Virus record (IMG/VR): IMGVR_UViG_3300029903_000001
From: an uncultured virus (IMG/VR IMGVR_UViG_3300029903_000001)
Taxonomy: Duplodnaviria > Heunggongvirae > Uroviricota > Caudoviricetes
Length of the DNA: 20,000 nt
Strand: one strand, 5' to 3'
The position numbers and the translations under genes are program-made. Below the pieces are notes generated by a model. The model searched no databases. It saw nothing but the letters and a program-made list of their open reading frames with translations, and was not told the DNA's origin. Shown here piece after piece: positions 6,481-13,858 of this stretch (position 1 is its first letter; each line of letters begins with the position of its first letter).

Positions 6481-7169
6481 TCCTGGGATATCGTCGCGCG
6501 AGTACCGCTGATCAGTGCAACGAGAATCGATCGTCGCTCGACACTCAGCAGGACATCATCGAGGGCTTCGCCCGCACCCGCGGCATCGACAAATACGGGG
6601 TGCAGATTTTCACCGATGCCGGCGTGTCCGGCGCGGTCAAGCTGGCCTTCCGCCCGGCCGGCGCCGACCTCCTTGCCGCCATGGCCCCGGGCGACACGGT
6701 GATCGCGTCCAAGCTTGACCGCATGTTTCGCTCGGCCGGCGACGCCATCGCCATGTTCGAGGTGTTCAAGGAGAAGGGCGTCCACCTCGTGCTGTTCGAC
6801 ATCAGCCACGAGCCGGTGTCGTCCGGCGTCGGCAAGCTGATCATGACGATCCTGGCGGCGGTAGCCGACATGGAACGAATCAGGATCAAGGAACGAACGG
6901 CCGAGGGACGGAAGGCGAAGAAGGCCAAGGGTGGGCCGGTCGGTACGGTTCCGTTCGGTTACCGGAAGGTGGGCGTCGGGCACGAATCGGTGCTCGAGAT
7001 CGACCAGCGGGAGATGGAGGCAGCGCGGCTGATGCGCGACTTGTATCAGGGCGGTGCCAAGATCGCTGATATCTCGTCGTCCTTGGCGGTTAACGGGTAC
7101 CTGTCTCGTGCCGGCAAGCCCTACGATCGCCGGTCGGTCCGCAACGTGGTGACGGAGGCGAGGCAGTGA
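6477..7169 (+). CDS. serine recombinase (resolvase/invertase family)
   Basis: GYRRASTADQ (catalytic Ser), DAGVSG, RP, SKLDRMFRS, ERIRIKERT, PFGY and a short C-terminal DNA-binding region. Confidence 0.92.
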   Translation: MILGYRRASTADQCNENRSSLDTQQDIIEGFARTRGIDKYGVQIFTDAGVSGAVKLAFRPAGADLLAAMAPGDTVIASKLDRMFRSAGDAIAMFEVFKEKGVHLVLFDISHEPVSSGVGKLIMTILAAVADMERIRIKERTAEGRKAKKAKGGPVGTVPFGYRKVGVGHESVLEIDQREMEAARLMRDLYQGGAKIADISSSLAVNGYLSRAGKPYDRRSVRNVVTEARQ

Positions 7170-7351
7170 AATCGAAGAAGGAAATGACGGACGCCGAGCT
7201 GATCGAATCCATCAAGAGTGACGTGCGGTTTGTTGGAGGCTTGTGGCATTCTGATCCCAATAATCCGCCTAGTCGATCGCGGCTGGAAGAAATCGACGAC
7301 GAACTCGTGAGTATTATAGTTGCTCGTGAGCGTTACCGTTCTGGAGTTTGA
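7166..7351 (+). CDS. hypothetical protein
   Basis: GTGA-coupled 61-aa ORF. Confidence 0.5.
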   Translation: MKSKKEMTDAELIESIKSDVRFVGGLWHSDPNNPPSRSRLEEIDDELVSIIVARERYRSGV

Positions 7352-7569
7352 TTGTGACTAAAACTGAGTTCGAATCAAAGTGCAAGGACATGTGCCCGCA
7401 CTGCGCCGCCGGCGAGCCCGCGCGCTTGCGCATCGACACCAACGAGTGGGTTCACGACTGGTCGTTCGGCGTCGTCGACAAGAAGCTTGGACGGGCGGCC
7501 GGCATGGGTCACGGGATGTGCGGCGCGCACGCGTTGCGGCTGAAGGAAAAGGATTTGGTGGATGAGTGA
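7348..7569 (+). CDS. small Cys/His (Zn-binding-like) protein
   Basis: CPHC...WVH...HGMC motifs; TTG start overlapping the previous stop. Confidence 0.6.
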   Translation: MIVTKTEFESKCKDMCPHCAAGEPARLRIDTNEWVHDWSFGVVDKKLGRAAGMGHGMCGAHALRLKEKDLVDE

Positions 7570-7750
7570 CCGTGCGAGCGCGGCGGCTGGCCCGTATATT
7601 GTTTGGGTTGATAACGGGGCCTACGAAGGATGGAGCCCGACTAGCTTTGTCTCTTTGAAAGAAGCGGTCTTGTTTAACGAGACCTATGGTAGCCCGTTCG
7701 TTATAACGAAGGTTGTTGACGTGGAAGTATCGGAAAAATCAGATGGGTGA
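7562..7750 (+). CDS. hypothetical protein
   Basis: 62-aa ORF overlapping both neighbours. Confidence 0.55.
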   Translation: MSDRASAAAGPYIVWVDNGAYEGWSPTSFVSLKEAVLFNETYGSPFVITKVVDVEVSEKSDG

Positions 7751-9143
7751 CCGCGAGGGCGCTACCCGCTTGCTGGTCAAGGGCGAGGAGTCGATCAAGT
7801 CGAACCCCGCCAACAGCGACCACGCTTACCAGTTGATGAGTTCTGCGTGCTTCGCCGATCCCACCTGGGCGCACGCCTTCTACGCCAACGGCTGCAACGC
7901 CGGTGACCTGCAGCGCCCGCACGCCTCCGTCGCGCTGTTCCGCCGCGCGCTCGAATGCGACCTGGATGGCGAGGGCCGGATTCGGACGCTGACCAACCTG
8001 GCGTGGGAACTTATGAAGATCGGGGGTCACAAGGAAGCACGGGGCTATCTGGAGCGTGCTCTGTACATTGACTACAAGCGCCCGCTTCCTCATATGCACT
8101 TGTCCCTGTGCTATCAGGTTTGGGGCGACACTGAGGTTGCGGTTGGGTTTGCCAAGCGGTGCCTGGACCTGACCGACCCCAACGACGGCGTCGGCTACCC
8201 GACCGCCGAGTTCGCCTACGCCTTCGCCCTGCTGTTCGATCGGCAGTATGCCAAGGGCTTGAAGCACTTCGAGTCGCGCTTCGCCGCGCGCCTCCCGCAG
8301 TATCTTCTTTATCCGTACCCGAAGTGGAGAGGTGAAAATGGAAAAACCGTCTTCCTGGTTGCCGATCAAGGTCTCGGTGATACCCTTTCCTATGCCCGCT
8401 TTGTCGAACGTGCTGCGACACGCGCGAGATTCATCCACATGTGTGTCCAGCCCGAACTACTCCGGGTATTCCGGCACGCCTTTAGGCACATCCCCAACAT
8501 TAACGTCATGCCCTCCCCGTCCAACTTCCCAGGAGACGCTGACGCTTGGTCAACTTTTGTCAGCCTCCCTTTTGCCCTCGGACTGACCGACCGCGAGATC
8601 CGGGAGGCGGACAACATCGACATGCCTTGCCCGCCGATGTCGACCGCTTGGAAAGTGCCTGACCGCAAGTTCCACATCGGCATCGCGTGGGCCGGGTCGC
8701 CGTTGAACGATATCGACAAGCACCGGAATATTCCGATCCACCACTTCATGGAATTGCACCGGGTGCCGGGTGTTCAATTGTATTCGCTCCAGGTAGATGC
8801 TAGGAAGAGCGACTTGAACTTGTGGGGGTTTGCCCCGTTGATTCGGGACTTGTCGGGGTACATAAGAGATGTCGCGGATACCGCTTCTGTACTTCACGAA
8901 CTTGATCTTGTTGTCACTGTCGAGTCTGCTCTTGGCCACATATGTTCGATGTGCGACAAGGAATGCTGGATCCCGTACAGCCACTTGGGCCGAGATTATC
9001 GAATCGGCGTTAACGAATCTGCCGAACGACTTTGGACCCCCAAGCACCGGATCTTCCAGCAATCCGACGACATGCGGTGGGAGCCGGTGTTCGAGCGAAT
9101 TGTCGAAGCGCTGAGGGAGAAGGTTGATGCTGGCGCGGACTGA
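7743..9143 (+). CDS. TPR-repeat protein with GT-B (GT9-like) glycosyltransferase domain
   Basis: N-terminal TPR-like helices; DQGLGDTL, IGIAWAGSP, LYSLQ and DVADTASVLHELDLVVTVESALGH motifs. ATG at 7743 preferred over TTG at 7713. Confidence 0.85.
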   Translation: MGDREGATRLLVKGEESIKSNPANSDHAYQLMSSACFADPTWAHAFYANGCNAGDLQRPHASVALFRRALECDLDGEGRIRTLTNLAWELMKIGGHKEARGYLERALYIDYKRPLPHMHLSLCYQVWGDTEVAVGFAKRCLDLTDPNDGVGYPTAEFAYAFALLFDRQYAKGLKHFESRFAARLPQYLLYPYPKWRGENGKTVFLVADQGLGDTLSYARFVERAATRARFIHMCVQPELLRVFRHAFRHIPNINVMPSPSNFPGDADAWSTFVSLPFALGLTDREIREADNIDMPCPPMSTAWKVPDRKFHIGIAWAGSPLNDIDKHRNIPIHHFMELHRVPGVQLYSLQVDARKSDLNLWGFAPLIRDLSGYIRDVADTASVLHELDLVVTVESALGHICSMCDKECWIPYSHLGRDYRIGVNESAERLWTPKHRIFQQSDDMRWEPVFERIVEALREKVDAGAD

Positions 9144-9669
9144 GTATGATGTGGTCAGCATCGTCAATGCTGCTCGCGCGATGATGCCGATGCGCAGGCG
9201 CGGTGCAAATGCTGAACTTTATAGCGCGCTAGTCTTGGCGATGCAGGCGAGCGAGCTTTGTCTGGCGGACATCAATCAGGATGCAGCGTTAGGTAGAGCT
9301 GTGGCTGAGTTGCCGAAAGGAGACAAGAACCGGCAGTATGTTGAGCGGGGCAGTGATGCTTATCAGCGGGTTTGTCGGTACGTGTTTTTTGGGGAGGAAC
9401 ACCCGGCGAATGTTAACCGGTACGCCATAGCGCTTCGGGAAGCAGGGAAACAGGGCGTTGTATCTTCCGATCTGTTGAGGCGGCTTCGGAGCGGAGGAGT
9501 GAACCAGTTCTATCTGAAACGGCCTTTACATAGAGATACAATATCGACGCGGTGCGTGCGGCTCGATCGTGAGATCACGCATGGAAAATCCTCTCAGGTC
9601 ACGCTTACGCTGCGGCGCAAAGATGACAACAGTTATGAAGTCCTGGAGTTTGTAGAGGGAGAAGGTTGA
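9127..9669 (+). CDS. hypothetical protein
   Basis: About 180-aa ORF that looks more AT-rich than its neighbours. Confidence 0.65.
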   Translation: MLARTEYDVVSIVNAARAMMPMRRRGANAELYSALVLAMQASELCLADINQDAALGRAVAELPKGDKNRQYVERGSDAYQRVCRYVFFGEEHPANVNRYAIALREAGKQGVVSSDLLRRLRSGGVNQFYLKRPLHRDTISTRCVRLDREITHGKSSQVTLTLRRKDDNSYEVLEFVEGEG

Positions 9670-9872
9670 TGCACACGGGGCCGGTTAGCGGGGAATATAA
9701 GGATGGTTGGAAGGCCACGAAGATCGAGGCACCAGATTTTGTTTGTAGAGTTTGTAAGTCGGATGATGTTTGGTACCGCGGTTGGGAATCGTCGTGTGGA
9801 GGCTATGATGACACTGAGTACGAGTGTCGTGGGTGCAAGCGCACGTGGTGGGTGGAGAGTAGCGATTCATGA
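9666..9872 (+). CDS. small zinc-ribbon protein
   Basis: CRVC...CRGC motifs. Confidence 0.65.
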   Translation: MMHTGPVSGEYKDGWKATKIEAPDFVCRVCKSDDVWYRGWESSCGGYDDTEYECRGCKRTWWVESSDS

Positions 9873-10093
9873 GCGGTAGCTGGACCAAACCAGTTTTCTC
9901 GTCGCTGTTGTCCGGCGTCGGCTGGGACGACGAGAACCAGGAGTTGACGGTGACGTTCGCGCGGGGCGGCAAGACGGCCGCCTACAAGGGGTTCGACGAG
10001 GGCAAGGCGGTCGAACTGTCCAACGCGGCGTCGGCCGGGTCGATGTTCCTGTCCGAGATCAAACCGTTTGCTGATAGCTGGCGTTATGTCTGA
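9869..10093 (+). CDS. KTSC domain protein
   Basis: SSLLSGVGWDDENQELTVTF..G...Y......ELSNAASAGSMFLSEIK fits the KTSC pattern. Confidence 0.85.
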   Translation: MSGSWTKPVFSSLLSGVGWDDENQELTVTFARGGKTAAYKGFDEGKAVELSNAASAGSMFLSEIKPFADSWRYV

Positions 10094-10271
10094 TTCCGGG
10101 TACGGGGATTACAAGACGATCGATACGGCGCCGCGCGACGGTAGAATTATTGTCGCGCTGACGGACATTCCTGGTACATGGGGCCTGTGTCGGTGTGTCT
10201 GGAAAGACGGCGAGTGGCGCGAGATCACGCACAAGACAATCATGCACCCGACGCATTGGAAACCGCAGTGA
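10086..10271 (+). CDS. DUF551-like small phage protein
   Basis: IDTAPRDG...PTHWKP signature. Confidence 0.7.
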   Translation: MSDSGYGDYKTIDTAPRDGRIIVALTDIPGTWGLCRCVWKDGEWREITHKTIMHPTHWKPQ

Positions 10272-10534
10272 CCGATGAGCTTCCCGTCGAAGAGTTTGAA
10301 AAGCGCGCTCGCCTGTTCGAGAGCATGGCCGCCCAGATCCGTCTGAACAAGGACGCCAAGTTCGGTGGCGCCCTGCTGGCGATCCCGCCCGGCGATGACG
10401 GCGAGCCGTTCTCTTTCATTGCTTTCAACCAGGATGAGGTCGCTATTTTCTGGGGCATCGTTCAGACGCTCAGTGAGATGGCGCATGCGGTGATGGAGCA
10501 GGCGAGCCGGGGGCGGGGGTTCGGTCGTCGTTAG
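10268..10534 (+). CDS. hypothetical protein
   Basis: GTGA-coupled start; 88 aa. Confidence 0.7.
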   Translation: MTDELPVEEFEKRARLFESMAAQIRLNKDAKFGGALLAIPPGDDGEPFSFIAFNQDEVAIFWGIVQTLSEMAHAVMEQASRGRGFGRR

Positions 10535-10740
10535 CGCAGCTGCATGTGCCCGAGTTCGTGCAGTAGCGGGATAATGGCGTAGAACAGCACGATCGCGCCG
10601 ATCAGGATGACGAACAGGACGTTGATGATCGAGGCGAACGGCTCGGCGATCGGCATCAGGGGCGACAGCTTCAGCCAGACCCAGTAGGCGAAGCCGCAGA
10701 TCAGCATGATGATAATGATCTGGATGATCAGGTCGGGCAT
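10531..10740 (-). CDS. two-TM small membrane protein
   Basis: Two long hydrophobic segments; RBS GGAGGT upstream on the minus strand. Confidence 0.8.
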   Translation of the reverse strand: MPDLIIQIIIIMLICGFAYWVWLKLSPLMPIAEPFASIINVLFVILIGAIVLFYAIIPLLHELGHMQLR

Positions 10741-10757
10741 GGGAGACCTCCGGGGGC

Positions 10758-10786
10758 TGGACCTCTAACGGGGCGGGGTCTATAAG
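10758..10786 (+). promoter_or_regulatory. possible promoter for the virion/packaging genes
   Basis: TGGACC, 17-nt spacer, TATAAG in a divergent intergenic gap; RBS GGAGG at 10801. Confidence 0.4.
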
Positions 10787-10813
10787 GTTCCGGTACCCCG
10801 GGAGGCCCACTTT

Positions 10814-11341
10814 GTGAGCGTAAGCGACCAGCTCCACGCCCACGGCGTGTTCACAGCCACTTGCTATGACAAGGACGGCAACGTCAAGTGGGAGGACACG
10901 TTTGACAACGTGGTCACCACCGTCGGCAAGAACCTCGCTTTCAACACCTTTCTGAACGGTTCGGCCTACACCGTCACCGGCCCCTATATGGGCCTGATTT
11001 CAAACACTTCGTTCACCGCGGTCTCCGCCGCCGACACCATGACCAGTCACTCGGGCTGGCTGGAAGCGGGCAACGCCAACGCCCCGACGTATTCCGGCAC
11101 CCGGGACACTTGCGTTTGGGCCGCGGCGTCCGGTGGCGCCATCGCCCTGTCAGCGTCCCTGACCTTTACTTTTACCGGTGCTGGCACCGTCACCGGCGCC
11201 TTCATCACCTATGGCTCCGGCGCGGTCAGCACCATCGACAACACCGGCGGCACGCTGTGGTCGGCCGGGCAGTTTACCGGCGGCAACAAGACGGTGGCGT
11301 CCACCGACCAGGTGGTTGTAAGCTACACCGTGAGCATGTGA
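10814..11341 (+). CDS. putative virion structural (tail/fibre-associated) protein
   Basis: T/S/G/A-rich, beta-type sequence with an NVVTTVGKN...YMGL pattern seen in phage structural proteins. Confidence 0.65.
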   Translation: MSVSDQLHAHGVFTATCYDKDGNVKWEDTFDNVVTTVGKNLAFNTFLNGSAYTVTGPYMGLISNTSFTAVSAADTMTSHSGWLEAGNANAPTYSGTRDTCVWAAASGGAIALSASLTFTFTGAGTVTGAFITYGSGAVSTIDNTGGTLWSAGQFTGGNKTVASTDQVVVSYTVSM

Positions 11342-11673
11342 TGAAGAAACAGTCCGGTTACCTAATGGTCGATCACCGCGCCTCTCCGGGGTTGCCGGAA
11401 GATGTGGCGCGTCTCGCCGGGTACGATCCGGTGCTTTGCCGGGAGGGTAAGGTCTACGAGGCTGACACTATGACGTGCGCGCACTGCCGCGGCACTGTGG
11501 TTCTGAATATATTTCGTACTCGAGAGCGACATTCTTGCCGTAAGTGCGAAGACCGGTACATTTGCGATGCTTGCGCGTTCAAGGCGTCGCTGCCGGACTA
11601 CGTGCACGCGCCTTTCCAGAAAATTGTGGACGAACTGAAGATGGGTACTCCTGCCCACTTGCTGCTGCCTTAG
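11341..11673 (+). CDS. zinc-finger protein (3 CxxC)
   Basis: TGATG-coupled start MKKQSGY; CAHC, CRKC, CDAC. Confidence 0.75.
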   Translation: MKKQSGYLMVDHRASPGLPEDVARLAGYDPVLCREGKVYEADTMTCAHCRGTVVLNIFRTRERHSCRKCEDRYICDACAFKASLPDYVHAPFQKIVDELKMGTPAHLLLP

Positions 11674-11685
11674 TGAGGATGGACG

Positions 11686-12204
11686 ATGTCCAAGAGGATT
11701 TTTTCGGTTTCGACGTGGGCGCCCGCGGGACAGGCTGACGGCGTTTTGACGGGGTCGTTTCAGGCGATCAAGCCAGGGTCGTCGACCGATATCTTGAAGA
11801 TCGGCAAGATTTTGTGCATGGGCCAAGCGGCGGCTTCGGCGATCAACGCAATGGTCCTGGCGAGGTCTTCAACATTGGCGATTACGCCGACCGCTCTGGC
11901 GACGCCGAATTCGGATGGACCGGCCAACATCGCAGCGACTGCCGTGTCGACCGCCCCGGTGTCGTTTGTCGCCGCAGCCACAGCCCCAAACCGCTCCCCG
12001 GCGGTCACGATCGCGCGGCTGAACCTGACGTTCAACGCTTTCGGCGGGATTATCCAATGGCAGACTAACCCTGGTTCGGAAGAAGAGTGGGTGGCTGTCG
12101 GCAACGCTACGACGTCGAACTCCGAGACGGTGCTGTCGAATTCCGCTGCGGGCGCTGCTACAGGCACTACGATGGGTAGCGATATTTTTTACGAAGTCCT
12201 GTGA
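11686..12204 (+). CDS. putative virion protein (Ala/Thr/Ser-rich)
   Basis: 172 aa with RBS GAGGATGGA; the function is inferred from composition and context only. Confidence 0.65.
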   Translation: MSKRIFSVSTWAPAGQADGVLTGSFQAIKPGSSTDILKIGKILCMGQAAASAINAMVLARSSTLAITPTALATPNSDGPANIAATAVSTAPVSFVAAATAPNRSPAVTIARLNLTFNAFGGIIQWQTNPGSEEEWVAVGNATTSNSETVLSNSAAGAATGTTMGSDIFYEVL

Positions 12205-12235
12205 TCTGATCTGGTAGCCTCCGTTAGAGGTTAGC

Positions 12236-13672
12236 ATGCCTCTCAACGAGACCGGCCAAAGAAGCCAGACTTTAGGTGCTCCTCGCAGGTACGCCGGGGG
12301 AGTGCAACGGTCTCCGTTTAACCTTGCGCTGATTGCTAACCTTGGGCCGTTCAGTCAGCCGATGTACCCGCCCCCGCGGCGGCCGGTTTCGACTCCGGTT
12401 CAGATCCTCCCGCTTAATTTAGCGTTATACGCTGCACCGTTCACCCCTTTGCAGTGGAGTGGGCCGCAGCGCTTTGGTCCGCTTGCGTCCGACCAGAACA
12501 ATCTCCCCAACATCACGCTCCCGAATTCGGGGATCAGCACGCCGTTTGCGCCGATCGACATGTCGGCTTCGAGGTTCCAGCGTTCGGCTAGTGTGGCAGC
12601 TTATCCCAACCTGGCGGTTTCGTTTGGCGTCGCTCCTGTTCCCGTCCTGCCGATCGACATGTCGACTTCGAGGTTTCAGCGGGTGGCGGCTGCGCCAGTG
12701 TTTCCCAATATTGCGCTTCAGCCGGCGGCTTCTGTGCCGTTCACGCCTTTGCAATGGGGTGGACCTTGGCGTGTTGTGCTGCTCACGTCTGACCAGAACA
12801 ACCTGCCTAATATTACGTTGCCGAATTCGGGGATCAGCACGCCGTTCGCGCAGCTGGTGTGGCCGCCGGCGTTTCAGCGTCGAGGGTTCGCAGTTTTCAC
12901 TCCTCTCCCGCGGACGCGGGCGCTTTTCAGCGCGAGCGTTTCCGAAGTTGCTAGTGCAGCGGACACTGTCAATTCGAGCGCCGTGTTCGTGTCGGCGATC
13001 ACCGAGGTCGCCAGCGCGGCGGACACGACTACCGCCAAGGCGATCTTCAAGCCCTCGATCGCCGAAGCCGCCAGCGCGCTCGACGCCGTCAGCACCCGGG
13101 CGGTCTTCAAGCCGTCCCTTAGCGAGGCTGCCAATGCGCTCGATGCCGTCAGCACCCGTGCGGTCTTCAAGTCGGCGCTCGCCGAAGCCGCCAGCGCGTC
13201 CGACTCGGTCAGTGCGCTCAAGCAGCTTATGGCCAGTCTTTCCGACGCCATGTCGGCGCTGGACGTGTGGGGCGGCACCCAGCAGGCGACCTGGCAGCGC
13301 ACTTCGCAGTTTGTTGCGCTCGACACCGCTTACGGCTCCTCGGCGATCGATCGCATCACCCAGGTCATCCTGCCGGTCGAGATCGACCGCAACCAGCCGG
13401 TTTCCTTTTTCATCTCAGTGGGGTATCAGATAGTTCCGGGCCAGGCCTTCACGGCGGTCATGACCCGCCCCGATGGGACCAGTTTCAGTGTCAGCTCGCT
13501 TCGCGTCCAGCCGCAGTTTTCCGACGTCCCCACGGCGATTGGGCGTTTTCTTGGCGGCACTTACGTGTTCTGTTTCCTCAATGCGGGCGCGCTCAACCAA
13601 AGCGGTCAGTGGTCCGTCAACGTCGTCAGCGGCACCAATGTGTCGGCGCCGGCCTACTTCACGGTGGCTTAA
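12236..13672 (+). CDS. repeat-rich putative fibre/decoration protein
   Basis: 478 aa: Pro-rich duplicated N-terminal blocks, about six 20-aa repeats and a beta-rich C-terminal domain. Confidence 0.7.
   Translation: MPLNETGQRSQTLGAPRRYAGGVQRSPFNLALIANLGPFSQPMYPPPRRPVSTPVQILPLNLALYAAPFTPLQWSGPQRFGPLASDQNNLPNITLPNSGISTPFAPIDMSASRFQRSASVAAYPNLAVSFGVAPVPVLPIDMSTSRFQRVAAAPVFPNIALQPAASVPFTPLQWGGPWRVVLLTSDQNNLPNITLPNSGISTPFAQLVWPPAFQRRGFAVFTPLPRTRALFSASVSEVASAADTVNSSAVFVSAITEVASAADTTTAKAIFKPSIAEAASALDAVSTRAVFKPSLSEAANALDAVSTRAVFKSALAEAASASDSVSALKQLMASLSDAMSALDVWGGTQQATWQRTSQFVALDTAYGSSAIDRITQVILPVEIDRNQPVSFFISVGYQIVPGQAFTAVMTRPDGTSFSVSSLRVQPQFSDVPTAIGRFLGGTYVFCFLNAGALNQSGQWSVNVVSGTNVSAPAYFTVA
12437..12850 (+). 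repeat. duplicated 38-codon block, 300-bp period, enclosing a 99-bp-period duplication
   Basis: PFTPLQW...SDQNNLPNITLPNSGISTPFA at 12437-12550 and 12737-12850; PIDMS.SRFQR at 12551 and 12650. Confidence 0.9.
12931..13270 (+). repeat. 60-bp (20-aa) tandem repeats
   Basis: S[IL].E.ASA.D.VS.RAVFK-type units, about six copies. Confidence 0.9.
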
Positions 13673-13675
13673 AGG

Positions 13676-13858
13676 ATGAATGCAGTGAAAACGTATTGGG
13701 TGTTGTTTGGGATATACGCTGTCGGTTTTGCGTTTTTCTTTACGGCGGAGTTGTTGGTAGGTCCCGTTACACCGGCGCTTGCGTTGGTTCGCGGTGTCGT
13801 ATGGCCGGTATACTGGGCGACGGGTTGGCCGTATGGTACGCGTGCAAGAATGGATTGA
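13676..13858 (+). CDS. small membrane protein
   Basis: 60 aa, hydrophobic; RBS AAGG. Confidence 0.55.
   Translation: MNAVKTYWVLFGIYAVGFAFFFTAELLVGPVTPALALVRGVVWPVYWATGWPYGTRARMD

Noticed and set aside
5658..6983. Long minus-strand ORF (441 aa) and similar antisense ORFs (e.g. 14333-15145, 15251-16195, 19097-19897)
   Set aside because: Shadow frames of well-supported + strand genes in GC-rich DNA, with no recognisable motifs.
6477..7169. IS607-family transposon or integrase
   Set aside because: No N-terminal MerR-type HTH, no tnpB, and too short for a large serine integrase.
4187..12850. Diversity-generating retroelement TR/VR pair among the repeats
   Set aside because: The repeats are either identical or differ without adenine-specific bias, and no RT is present.
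12459..13433. 324-aa alternative-frame ORF in the repeat protein gene
   Set aside because: Arg/Ser/Pro-rich off-frame translation; the synonymous pattern between repeats supports the 12236 frame.
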